Below are positions 23,584 to 35,146 of a DNA stretch of 64,000 nt, piece after piece. Origin of the DNA: Rebecca billardiae RCC1528 (Eukaryota; Protista; Haptophyta). How positions within the stretch are numbered: position 1 is the stretch's first letter; each line of letters opens with the position of its first letter. Made by a program: the position numbers and the translations under genes. Under the pieces are notes generated by a model. That model saw only the letters and a program-made list of their open reading frames with translations. It had not been told where the DNA came from and did not search any database. The stretch spans positions 930,001 to 994,000 of the forward strand of contig OZ251250.1 of assembly GCA_965240325.2 (NCBI GenBank), read 5' to 3'.

Positions 23584-26236
23584 CTCGGCGCCGGAGCGCG
23601 GTTGCGCGCGCGCCCTGCCCTTCGCAGCGCACGGCGCCGCTGCTGCCGCGGCGGCGGCGGCGGCGGCGGCGTTGGGCGGCGCGGGCGCGGCGCGGCCCTT
23701 CGCCCACGCACCCCCGCCCCGCCCGCCCCACCCGGACAGTCCGGACGGCGCCAGTCCGGGGGCCGCCAGTCCGGAGGCGGAGCGGCACATGCAGCTGGCC
23801 ATGGAGCTGGTCTCGCTCGCCTCCACGCCGCCGCCCGGACGCGCGCGGCAGGCGGGCGCGCGCGGGTTTGGCGGAGCCGCGGAGGGGGCGGAGTGCGCGC
23901 ACCCGCCGGCGGCGCCGGAGCCGCCGGCGGGGGGCGCACCCGCGCCGTCCGGACTGTCCGGGACGACGGCGGGCGCGCCCGCGCACGCGGCCGGCGCGCC
24001 CGCCCACGCGCACCCGCACCCGCACCCGCCGCTGCCGCGCGGCGCAGCCGCCGCCGCCGGCCCCGCCGGTGGCGGCGGCGCGCACGGCGGCGCGCCGCCC
24101 GGCGCGCGCGGCGCGCTCAGCCTCGGCCTGCTGCCGCCGCACAGCGCGCGCGCGCGCGGCGCCGGGCCGGCGGGCGCGGAGCCGAGCGCGCCGCCGCCGC
24201 TCGCAGCGAGCGCTCACCTGAGCCGCGAGGCGGCGGCGGCGCCGGGCGGCGCGGCGGCGGCGCCGGTGGCCGAGGCCGCGCCCGGCGCCGCGTGGGCGGA
24301 GGCGGAGGGCGCGGCGCAGCCGCCGCCGTCCGCGGGCAAGCGGCGCGCGCCCGACGCCGCCGGCTGGGCGCGCGGCTGCGCCGAGGGCGTGGAGGCGGCC
24401 GCGCAGCGCGTGCCACACACGCCGCCGCCGCCGCCGGCGAGCACGCCGGTAGCGCAGCGCGCGGGCGCGCTCGGCGGCGGCGGCGGCGGCGCGCCGCGCT
24501 CGCTGCCGCACTCGCCCGCGGCGGCGGCGGCCGCGGCGCCGCCGCCCGGGCACGCGCTCGCCTCGCCCGCCAAGCGCGCGCGGCTGCGGCCGGGCGGTCC
24601 GCCCTGGCCGCGCACGCCCACGCCCACGCACGCTGGCGGTGGCGGCGCGGGCGGCGGCGGCGGCGGCGGCTGGTGGGCTGGCGGCGCGGACGGCGGCGGC
24701 GGCGCGGGCTGCGCGGGCGCGGGCGTGGGCGGCGGAGCCGCCGGACCCGCCGACGCGTCGGTCGCGGACGTGATGAGCGCCGCCTCCGCGCTGCAGGAGC
24801 TCGCCGCCCTCGCGTGCGCCTCGCCCGCCCTCCCCGCGCCAGAGCGGCAGCGATCGGCGCCGCCGCGCGGCGCGGCCGCGGCTTCGCTCTTCGACGCAGC
24901 GGACGGTGCGGCCGGCGGCAGCATGGGGTCCGGGTGCGGGTCCGGGTGCGGCGGGCAGGCGGTGCCGCCGCTCGCGCGCATCCTCTCGTCCCCGCTGCCG
25001 CCGGGCGGCCGCGCCGCGCGCGCACTGCCCCCCGTCTCCCCCTCCGTGGCCGCGCGCGGCCCGCTGGCGCCGCGCGTGCTGCTCGCGCAGCGGCGCGGCG
25101 GCGGCCATGCTGGCGGCGGCCATGCTGACTTGAGCGGCTGGGCGGAGGGCGGCGGGGCGTATGCCGAGGGCATTCCCGCCGGCGGCGGCGGCTTCTGCGG
25201 CGCGGAGGGCATGGCGGAGGAGGCCGAGGGCGGCGGCGGCTCGGCCGCGCACACGCCGCGCCGCCGCGGCGCGCGCGCCGCCGCGCCCGGCGGCGGCGCC
25301 GCCGCCGCCGCCGCGTGGCGCCACCCGGCGTTTGCGCTGTCGATGGGCGAGGGCGGCGACGAGGGCGGCGTCGGCCTCAGCTCCGGCGGCGGCGGCAGCC
25401 CAGCACCGCTCAGCGCCGGCCGCGCCGCCTCGCCCTCGCCCGCAGGCCGCTTCGGACGCCTTTCGCTCCGCTCGCCGCAGCCGCCGCCGGGCGGCGCGCG
25501 AGGCGGCGGCGCGCGCAGCAGCCCGCGCGCCGGCGCGCCGGGCTCGGCGCGCGCCTCGAGCGGCGGCGCGCGCGCGGGCCGCGCGGCGGGCGGCGGCGGC
25601 GCGCGCGGGCGCGGTGGCAGCGCCGCGCGCGCCGCCGCCGCCGCCGAGCCCGACGCTGCCGGCGCGCGCGGCGCAGAGTGCGCCGCGCCTGACGCCGCCG
25701 CCGCGTGCGCCGCCGCGGCTGCGGGCGGCTCGGGCGCGGAGGAGGCGGAGGCGGAGGGGTGGGGGGAGGAGGAGGAGGGCGAGGAGGGCGGCACGCCGCG
25801 TGGCGCGGGCCGCGCGGGCGGCGGCGGCGGCGCGGGCCCCGCCGGCGGCAGCAAGCGCGGCTGCCCCGTCCCCTGGTCCGACTCTGAGGACGAGCTGCTG
25901 CGCGCGTGCGTCGAGCAGCTCGGCACCAAGCACTGGTCGACGATTGCGCGCTGCCTGCCCGGCCGCACCGGGAAGCAATGTCGCTCGAGATGGTGCAACC
26001 AGCTCGACCCGAGCATCCGGAAGGACGCGTGGAGCGCGGAGGAGGACCTGATCATCGTGCGCGCGCGCAGCTCGCTCGGCTCCAAGTGGACCGAGATCGC
26101 CAAGCTGCTCCCCGGCCGCACGGACAACGCAATCAAGAACCGTTGGAACGGCACGCTCAGCCGCGCAAGCGCCACGCTGCTCGAGCGCGCGGAGGGCGAC
26201 GACGACGCGGGCGCGGAGGCGGAGGAGGGCCGCTGA
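21899..26236 (+). CDS. R2R3-Myb transcription factor with two N-terminal XRE/lambda-repressor-like HTH motifs
   Basis: ATG 21899 (MKRKH, NLS-like). C-terminal [10 protein letters not shown]...[27 protein letters not shown]...WSAEEDLII...[25 protein letters not shown] motifs [14 protein letters not shown] and [14 protein letters not shown]. Confidence 0.9.
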
Positions 26237-26300
26237 GCGGAGGCGCACGCACCGCCGGGCCGTGCGCGCCGCACACGGCCGGGGCGCACGGGTGAGGGCT

Positions 26301-26346
26301 GGGGGCGGGGGGGGGGGGGGGGGGGGTCAAGCAAGGGGGGAGGGGG
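26301..26346. repeat. Poly-G-rich tract
   Basis: G-run just downstream of the Myb gene stop. Confidence 0.8.
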
Positions 26347-27003
26347 CATGCTCATTCAGTCAGACGCACTCACTCATTCAGTCGCTGCCAACCTAGGGCG
26401 GCACACGGCGCCGCGCGCGCCGTCGCGGGGGCGCGCGCGCGCAGCAGCGCCCGCCGCCGTCGTGAGCGTCCGGCCGCCTCCGTCTGTCACGGGGCGCGGC
26501 CGGCGCGCGGGCACAGGGCGGCGGCGCGACCGGCCAGGAACCGAGGCAGCAGCCGCCGGGCGGCGGGCGGGCCGCTGCAGCACCGCGCGAGAGCGGCGGT
26601 GCGCACGGCCCGCGGCACCTTAGTGACCGTCGCCGTCGGACCGCGGCCCCGGGCCGGCGGGCCGGGGCCCCCGGACCCGGGCAGGTGCGGCTCGACGACT
26701 ACTCGGACCGGCGCGAGCCGCACTATACACATCACGATCGACAGACATGCACTAGACAGCACGTGCACACAACTCCGCGTAGGGGGGCCAATCAAATAAA
26801 GTGGCATCACTAGTGTGACGTGACTGACGGCTACGAGCGCTGGCGGCGCTGGTCCTACTCCTAGCGAGTGTTTAGTGCTGCGCTGAATTGGGGCTGGATC
26901 ATATATGCCGCCCTCTGGAGGGGCCTGGGCCAGCCAAGTAAAAAAATCGTCAGGTGCACATACCCTGGATATAGGGCGTAACGGCTAGCATATTTACTTA
27001 TTA

Positions 27004-28179
27004 TTATATTCTCGGGACCCGCCTGGCCATCACCACAGGTCGTACGTGCGACGACGACGGCGTCGATACTGTGACGACGCTGGCTGTGACCGCCATCGGC
27101 AGCTGCGGCGGACTCCGGCGACTCCGCGATCGCCGGCCGTGCCGCGCTGCGACGTCAGACGAGGCAGTGGCTGTTTTGCGACGAGTTGAGGCTTTGGCGT
27201 TGGTGCCCATGTCTTGCTCCCGCCGGCGCTTGTGCGCACCACTCCGAATGCCCTTCATGCCGGCCAGCTTGTGCACAGCGCACCGGCTGGCGCGCGCGTC
27301 GCCGGGCATGCCGAACGCCGGCCGCGTGGTGCAGCCCTCGTGATCACACTTGCGGTGCTTCAGGTCGACCATGCCGGCCAGCTTGTGCACAGCGCACCGG
27401 CTGGCGCGCGCGTCGCCCGGCATGCCGAATACCGGCAGCTTGTCGCAGCCCTCGTGATCACACTTGCGGTGCTTCAGGTCGACCATGCCGGCCAGCTTGT
27501 GCACAGCGCACCGGCTGACGCGCGTGTCGCCCGCCATGCCGAATGAAGGCTCCTTGGTGCAGCCCTCATGATCACACTTGCGGCTCTTCACGTCGACCAT
27601 GCCGGCCAGCTTGTGCGCAGCGCACCGGCTGGCACGCGCGTCACCCGGCATGCCAAAGTAAGGCCGCGTGGTGCAGCCCTCGTGATCACACCTGGGGCTC
27701 CTCACGTCGACCATGCCGGCCAGCTTGTGCGCAGCGCACCGGCTGGCACGCGCGTCGCCCGGCATGCCGAAGTGAGGCTGCTTGGTGCAGCCCTCGTGAT
27801 CACACGTGCGGCTCTTCGCGGCAATCACGGCAACCATGCCAGCCAGCTTGTGCTCAGCGCAATGGCTGGCACGCGCGTCGCCCGGCATGCCAAACGAAGG
27901 CCGCTTGGTGCAGTCAGCGTGATCACACTTGCGGCTCCTCACGTCGACCATGCCGGCCAGCTTGTGCGCAGCGCACCGGCTGGCACGCGCGTCGCCCGCC
28001 ATGCCGAATGAAGGCCGCGTGGTGCAGCCCTCATGATCACACTTGCGGCTCTTCATGTTGACCATGCCGGCCTGCTGGTGCGCAGCGCATCGGCTAGGGC
28101 GCGCGTCGCCCGGCATGCCGAAATAAGGCTCCTTGGTGCAGCCCGTGTGATCGCACTTGCGGCTCTTCACGTTGACCAT
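27004..28179 (-). CDS. EsV-1-7-type cysteine-rich repeat protein, copy A (8 full 38-aa repeats plus an upstream half repeat)
   Basis: 114-bp tandem units encoding C-x4-C-x3-P-x-F-G-x9-C-x2-H-K-x2-G-M-V-D; tail with HKRRRE shared with copy B. Repeat similarity extends to ~28221 upstream of the ATG, then breaks off. Confidence 0.85.
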   Translation of the reverse strand: MVNVKSRKCDHTGCTKEPYFGMPGDARPSRCAAHQQAGMVNMKSRKCDHEGCTTRPSFGMAGDARASRCAAHKLAGMVDVRSRKCDHADCTKRPSFGMPGDARASHCAEHKLAGMVAVIAAKSRTCDHEGCTKQPHFGMPGDARASRCAAHKLAGMVDVRSPRCDHEGCTTRPYFGMPGDARASRCAAHKLAGMVDVKSRKCDHEGCTKEPSFGMAGDTRVSRCAVHKLAGMVDLKHRKCDHEGCDKLPVFGMPGDARASRCAVHKLAGMVDLKHRKCDHEGCTTRPAFGMPGDARASRCAVHKLAGMKGIRSGAHKRRREQDMGTNAKASTRRKTATASSDVAARHGRRSRSRRSPPQLPMAVTASVVTVSTPSSSHVRPVVMARRVPRI

Positions 28180-28518
28180 GCCGGTCAGCTTGTGCGCAGC
28201 GCACCGGCTGGCGCGCGCGTCAACCTGTTTTTCTAGCGGGGCTGACCTGTCTGTCGTCTTCGTCGTCCGGAGAGCGGTCGCGGTCGGAGGTGGGCTTCGT
28301 GGTCACTCGACCGGCAGCCAGCTGACAAGACTGGCAGCCCGACAGATGCGTCTAATGTTCAAGTTGCAGACGATGTTGTGTCGGCGCGGAATAGCTGAAG
28401 CCAAGGGTACAGTACTGTCGCCTGCCTGAGCTGTGTGCGTCTCTTATTCTTAGTAAACTGTAGAAAGGGTGAGCAACTCCGCTGGCGACAGGCCGACAGC
28501 CGCGAAGGTCGGGAGGTA

Positions 28519-29123
28519 TGGAGCGCTCGTTGGAACTTGACGCCGGTTTGGCGCCCGCGCGGCGAGGGCGACGACGGGCGTACACGGGGCCTACGGCGGC
28601 GGGAAGCGCGCGGGCGCGGCCGAGAACGGAACGGTCCGGACGCCTCTCGCCAGCCGCGGACGCGCACCGCGCCTCCTCCTCGCACGCTGCTAACTTGATC
28701 CGGGTTAAACGGTGGTTTTGCTGCCGACCAGCTCAAGTTCCACGGCTGGTCAAGGTTCGGCTTGCGACTTCGCCGCTGGTGCTTGCAAGAAGGTACACAA
28801 GTTGGTCGAACTCCCACGCACCCGCTCTGCGCTCGTCGACGCCCTCTGAAGGTGACTCGGGGTGCATGCGGGGCAGTGGAATGCAGTGGTTCGGCGTTGC
28901 CTCTCAGTCGTCCAGCGCGCAGGCCATGTAGCGCGGGTGTGGTGCGCGCATGGCCCGGTAATTCGGTCGCGGCATGTCTGTCTGGGCTGCCCAAGGCCTG
29001 CCGCACCGCGAAGCGAGCGCTCAGGAGCGTGTGTCGACCGTGCCAGCCCCGCCGAGATGGGGCACTTCGCTGGGAAATGCGGTGTCAAGTTCCACCCCCG
29101 CTCAAGTTCCAACGAGCGCTCCA
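28519..29123. mobile_element. MITE with TA target-site duplication
   Basis: TA|TGGAGCGCTCGTTGGAACTTGA (28517-28540) and TCAAGTTCCAACGAGCGCTCCA|TA (29102-29125); extra CAAGTTCCA copies inside. Confidence 0.8.
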
Positions 29124-29131
29124 TAATAAAA

Positions 29132-30879
29132 CTCTGCCCTGGCGGGCGGGGGGGTCGGCGGGCCGTGCCAGTGCTGTCGCAATGTATCCTTTGCGGGTTC
29201 GCGTCTTTCCACATTCGCTCGTGGCCGTGGGTGACGGACAGTCGAGTGCAAGGACCAGTGACACGTGAAGTTGGCTCCCCGGCGTGATGTACACACGTTT
29301 CACGGTCTGTACTCTCTTTACTCATAGAGTATTGTATGCGCATCAGCGAGGCCCACACCCACGAGGGAATGTGCAGCACGCGGGGCGGGGCGGGTAGCCC
29401 GTTGCTCCGCGCGAGCGCGGGTACGCGCTGTATGTGCCGCATGTCGACCGCGATTGCGTAATCGAGCGCCTCGCCGCCGACGGAGCCGCCAGAGTAGATC
29501 ATGTGCATGTCCTCCTGCCGCCAGCCGAGAGCGGTCGTCGCGAGGATGCTTGTCGATGTCGGCTCCAGGCATGATGGGCTCGGCGCAGGTCGCGTTGACG
29601 TCGTGCACGGCCACCACGCTGAGCACGAGCGCGTTGACGTTAACGCGGTCGTCGCTCTTCGCATCTTCGACAGGTCTGGCGCTCGCGTGCTCGGCGGCAC
29701 GAGGAGCTGTTGGTTGTGCGCGCGCGCGCGCACAGCGACAGCGTGTGCCACTCGCGATCGAGAGTGGGCAAGCGCTGCTCACGCGAGCACACGAATCGCA
29801 GCGCATCCGTCACCGGCGTGACGACTTCCGCCTCGTCCCGCAGCGCCTGCGCCATGGACGAGGCCATGGCGCGGCGATGTTGCATGCTCGACGTTTCATC
29901 TCTCTGCGGATGGCATCACGGGCTTGTCTGTGTCGCGCTGCGGCGAGGGTCGCCAACTCGCGACGACGCGGTTGCTGCCACGGCGACAGACCCGGGAGGT
30001 GCGTCCGCTGCGCGTCGTACGCCGTTGGCGCTGCGCTTCCGTCGCATTGGTCACCGTCGACGCCATGCAGGCCGGACGTGGGCTTCGGCTGAGGGACCGG
30101 ACCGCGAGCAATGACTGAGTCCGGTGCGCGGATTCCGGCGATCGAGTTCAGAAGGCCGCGCCAAATCTTGCGTCGCGTGCGATGGCGCTTCCCGCCCGCG
30201 AGACACCTCGTGATGAGGGCCTCTTCGCACCGAGCTCGACGCGCGGCGGTGAATCGAGCGAGGCGGCCATCGTGCGCAGCGCATGATGCTATGGCCCGTG
30301 CGAGCGCTCAACGTGCAAGTCGGGCGAGGACCGCCCCAGGTCGCACGATCGTGTCGACGCGCCGAGCGTACCTCCAAACGCGTGGACTTTGGCCCCCGTT
30401 CGACCTGCACGCGAGACGACGAGGGCAGCAATCGCGAATCGGGCGAAAACCCCCCTCGGGAGTCTTCTCACGATGTCCACGCCGGCGTTGGATTCGGCGC
30501 GCGCGGCCCACGCGCTCCGCGCCATGGCCGACATGGTTTTCGGCCGAGCGTCCCCAGTGGGAGCTGCGAGGGCGCCCGGTAGTGAGCGAAGCGACCCGGC
30601 AGTGAGGGAGGCGATTTTCTTTTCTTTGCGAGGCGATTTTCTTTTTTCTTTTTCTTTTTCTTATCTTTTTCCCGGGCACTACAAGGGGCGGACCTCCACC
30701 CGTCCCAGAAAGCCCGTGAGCCCGTCTTCGGCTCAGCGGGCTCATGACCGTCCATGGACGGTCATGAGCTCAGTGACTATGAAATGGGCTGGTAACGAAT
30801 AGCTGCGGGTATTTTTCAATACCAGGGAGCCTTGATGTAGGGGGCTGGGACGGGTGGCGGCCCGCCACACGGCCCGCCA
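29132..30879 (-). mobile_element. Non-autonomous Helitron2/Helentron-like element, copy A
   Basis: 5' TGGCGGGCCGTG (30879-30868) followed by hairpin GTGGCG-GGC-CGCCAC. Its inverted copy lies ~25 bp from the 3' end (29157-29167), then hairpin GCCC-GCCA-GGGC, AGAG and a T-run. Inverted homologue of 32581-34330. Confidence 0.6.
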
Positions 30880-31725
30880 TATCACGAGCGGAGTGGAGCG
30901 AGTACTATCAGCTTCGGAGGGCGCTGAGGCCGCGCACGGCGTGAGGCGCGGCGTCGGCCGAGTCGGTCCGCGGAGGATGCGCGGCGCTCGGCCCGCTGCG
31001 CAATGGCAGTGCGCCTCACTTTGCCCCGAGCGCCGTCCTCCGCGTCGCCTTCTTCCCGCCTTGGAGCAGCACGCATGTGCGCGCCGCCACCTTGTGAAGG
31101 CGGCACGGGACTTGCTCAGACGACCGCGCGCGCGTGGCGCGCGACTTGGTCGGCTGCGCGCGCGCGCTGCCACGGTGCAAGGTAGCGCCACCGCATGCGC
31201 GCGCCGTGCCAGCGCGAGAGCGTGTGCGCGGACCTGAGTGCGACCTCACACACATGTCGAATGTTGCATGACACATTGCATGAGGGCGGCGACGCGGCGA
31301 GGACAGATCGGATGTCGTCGCGCCGCCGAACGATCAGGCGGGGAGCCGGACCACACAGACAGCCACCTTACCGAGCAGAGGGGCTGCCGGGACCCGGTGC
31401 ACCTCCGTGAAGGAGGGTGCACCTGGGCCGATCCGATGCAGGCGATCCCCCTGTCCAAGTGTCCAGCTCGGCGCCTTGGCGTCGGTGAGCAGCCTCATGG
31501 CGCCCTCGAGAGCGAAGGCTTATCGATCCACGATAGGCGGTAACCGACCGAGTCCTGCGGGTGCGCGCCGCTGCGGGCCGGATGGGCAGCGGCACCAGGA
31601 CTCCTGCGCGCGGCGGTGCGCGCGGGACATGCAACGCAGGAATGCCATGCGAGCCGGATTCTTGGCGTCGCTCATAGACACTCAGTTATATACGTACATG
31701 CAGGTAGTTCTCCGTATAACGCCAC

Positions 31726-31862
31726 ATATATATATATATATATATATGTTTCATTGCAGTTGCATACCGTCCACGTCGTTAATATATATATGTTTCATTG
31801 AATTCTGTTGAATAATTCAATGAATTCAATGAATTCAATGCTGCTGAATCCGAATTAATTCA
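31726..31862. repeat. AT-rich island with (TA)n and TCAATGAAT repeats
   Basis: Two copies of tatatatatgtttcattg and tandem tcaatgaat. Confidence 0.8.
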
Positions 31863-32580
31863 ACGACTACCGTTTTTTGACTCTCCCAAATGGCACCTAA
31901 ATGCAGTCTAGTAGAGGCGCTGAATGTGACCCTACAGCGTGTCAGACTTCCTCCGAGTCGGCGGCGGCGCTGGAGACACCCTGCTCGAGGTCCTGCACTC
32001 GTGCTGGCGTGCAGCAGGGTCTCCGTGCCGGACCTCGGCGCACGCGTGCGCGCAGCCGTGGTATCGATGTCGGCGGCCTTTCGGCCAAGAGCCGAGAATT
32101 CTCGCGGTCTCAGTGGCGAGGTGGAGGTCCCTGAAGAGCCTCGCCGATGGCCGAGTGCGGCGCTTGATGTACTTGGCGACGGTCGGGGCATCATCCCCAG
32201 CAGTCCTCAGCCACTAGCCAGTCCGCGCAGCTCACTTACACTGCCAGATGGACGCCAATGCACCGACGCCCGCCAGGTCGCGCCGTCGCGGTGCTGTGGA
32301 ACTTAGCATCCGACGAACTCCAGCACACAGTCCGATTCTGACGAGTCTGAGTGAATCTGTTCATATTGATGATGCCGTGAATGGGGGCGGGATGGCGGGT
32401 GCATGTTGTGCGCACTGCTAACTAAGGTCCATGACTCGCCATCGACGGTGGGCCGGTGGCCCCGCGGTCACAGCCCCGCACGCCGCGCTGGCGCGCACGC
32501 AGCAGCGCTGCACACACAGTATTACTAGTCAGCACTGCTCTGACTACTGGTCAGGAAATTATTGACGAATTGACGAATAA

Positions 32581-34330
32581 TGGCGGGCCGTAGGTCCGCC
32601 CCTTGTAGTGCCCGGGAAAAAGATAAGAAAAAGAAAAGAAAAAAGAAAATCGCCTCGCAAAGAAAAGAAAATCGCCTCGCTCACTGCCGGGTCGCTTCGC
32701 TCACTACCGGGCGCCCTCGCAGCTCCCACTGGGGACGCTCGGCCGAAAAAGAGTTGCGTCATGGCGCGGAGCGCATGGGCGGCGCGCGCCAAATCCAACG
32801 CCGGCGCGGACATCGTGAGAGGACTCCCGAGGGGGGTTTTCGCCCGATTTGCGATTGCTGCCCTCGTCGTCTCGCGTGCAGGTCGAACGGGGGCGAAATC
32901 GACTCGTTTGGAGCGGTACGCTCGGCGCGTCGACACGATCGTGCGACCTGGGGCGGTCCTCGCCTGACTTGCACGTCGAGCGCTCGCACCGGCCATAGTA
33001 GCAAGCGCTGCGCATGACAACCACCTCGCGTGATCCACCGTCGCGCGTCGGGCTCGGTGCGAGAAAGCCCTCATCACGAGGCGTCTCGCGGGCGGGAAGC
33101 GCCATCGCACGCGACGCAAGATTTGCGGCGCGGCCTTCTGAACTCGATCGCCGGAATCCGCGCACCGGACTGTCGCGTGCCACAACTTCTCAAGGAACGG
33201 GCGCATGCAAATCCGTTTGCGTACAAGACCCGGTAGCGATCATCTTTCGCGATCGCGGCCAAAGATCGCTCGGCGCTCGCGGTCCCTCTAGCCGAAAACC
33301 CACGTCCGGCCTGCATGGCGTCGACGGTGGCCAATGCGACGGAGGCGCAGCGCAAAGCGGCGTACGAGGCGCACCGCACGCACCTGCTGGGTCTGCCGCC
33401 GTGGCAGGAATCGCGTCTTCGCGAGTCGACGACTGAGGCGACAGCGCGATACAACCGTTCCAGGGCGCTCACTCGCAAAGAGATGCAACGTCGCGCGTGC
33501 AAGATCGCCGCGCCATCCTCCACCATGGCACGGGCGCTGCGGGACGAGGCCGACGTCGTGAAGCCAGTGGCACATGCGCTGCGCTTCATGTGCCTGCTCG
33601 AGCAGCTCGTGCCCACCCTCGATCGCGAGTGGCACACGCTCTCGCACTGCGCGCGCGCGCACCACCGAGAGCTCCTGATACCGCCGAACGTGCGAGTGCC
33701 GGACCTGGCGCGCGGAGCGGCGAGCGCCGACGAGCGCTTGGACCTGGACGCGCTGTTGCGCAGCGTGGCGGCCGTGCACGACGCCGACGCGACCTTCGCC
33801 GAGCCCATCGTGCCCGGAGCGGACATTGGCTTCCTGGCGACACACGATCTCAGCTAAATCAACATAGAGAGACAGAGAGACAGAGAGACAGAATTCGGTA
33901 GGATGCACTAACTTCCAGACGACCTGAACAAATGAATCATGACATCACACTCCACCACAACTTGAACTGTTTTAGTGTTTAGCTCCGAGGACAAACCGTC
34001 ACCGTCAGGCGTACACGAGCACGCCGCCGTCGCACGGCAATCAGTTGGCAGTGCGTGCGCGCAGTCGAAGGCTCGGCACGATGACGAGTAGCGCAGTGGG
34101 TGCACGAATAATACATGCGCAATCACACTGTCGGTGAGCTCGCACCAGAGTCATCTGTCGCGTTATTTTTCGTCAGTGCCGTCGGGTAGCTCACCATCAT
34201 CTAGGTATGTCGCATTGTTATTATTCGTCATCCTGCCCGTCAATCCGCTAAAAGACGCGAACCCGCTGGGGAAATATTGCGACAGCACTGGCACGGCCCG
34301 CCGACCCCCCCCCCGCCCGCCAGGGCAGAG
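32581..34330 (+). mobile_element. Non-autonomous Helitron2/Helentron-like element, copy B
   Basis: 5' TGGCGGGCCGT (32581-32591), subterminal ACGGCCCGCC (34293-34302), hairpin 34315-34326, end AGAG followed by TTTTTT. 32593-33845 and 34250-34330 match copy A in inverse orientation. Confidence 0.6.
33315..33857 (+). pseudogene. Element-borne ORF fragment (180 aa, probably 3'-truncated)
   Basis: Same protein is frameshifted in copy A (MASTVTNATEAQR..., MAQALRDEAEVVTPV...); copy A continues further before diverging. Confidence 0.5.
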
Positions 34331-35146
34331 TTTTTTATTTTTTATTGATTCAATGTTCGGCATCCCTGATCGAGCGACCGCCGCGCGTCGAGCGAACCGG
34401 TAGGCGGTAGATACCGGCCCCCACGTTCGCATCGCGCTGCAATCGATCGATAATCAGACGAGCTTGTCGGGTACGACTTGCACTATCCGCACACGGCAGC
34501 GAGCGCGTATTGATGCGGTCGATCTCGTCTTCGATCAGCGAGCGACTAGTTCCGTCTTTTGCATGGGCGGGTAGGCATTTGGGCCTGCTATATGTATCAT
34601 CCACGCGCACGATCTTTTATTCTTGTCCCTCTTCGTGTCCTCGTCAGACTAGCTCCTCCTCCTCATCATCATCATCCTCAGCAATACCGGAAGGGCTGCG
34701 ACCCCTGATGCCGAGTGGGCTCGGGTCCCGCAAGACGGCGGTCCGCTCCGGCCGTTTGTGCATCATGCAGCAGTTGGGTTTATGGCCCGCGGTGCAGGGC
34801 GGAGCGCGTAGCGTGGAGGCCCCGCCGGGGGCCCTCACTACGTTGTCAAAAAGATCTTTTGATCAAAGAAAAGGGGATGGGGGACGATTTTGAGGGCTGT
34901 TGGAGGGCCGGCGGTGAGTTTTCGATTTTTCGAGGGGTACGTTGGCCCATAGTGCTCTGCATTAGCAACTACGCGCTTGACGAAATAAGCGCGCCCACGC
35001 CATTCCGCATAAGTCGATGGACGGACGTGGGATCAGATACCCCGGGGGTGAAACAAGTGAGTATTTTTGTCCTGCTTCTTGTATGCTGGAGTACGAGTTT
35101 GCCGAGCGACGTTTGATTGTTTTGGGTCGAAAACAGCTATGAGGCC

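Noticed and set aside
7243-26355. Numerous long Arg/Ala/Pro-rich overlapping and antisense ORFs
   Set aside because: Expected shadow ORFs at this GC content; no domain motifs.
27250-28221. CRISPR-like DNA array in the 114-bp repeats
   Set aside because: Period is a multiple of 3 and the frame is open throughout; this is a protein repeat.
31880-32300. hAT transposase fragment (LTRC resembling TRW)
   Set aside because: Single imperfect motif in stop-ridden sequence; insufficient without a profile search.
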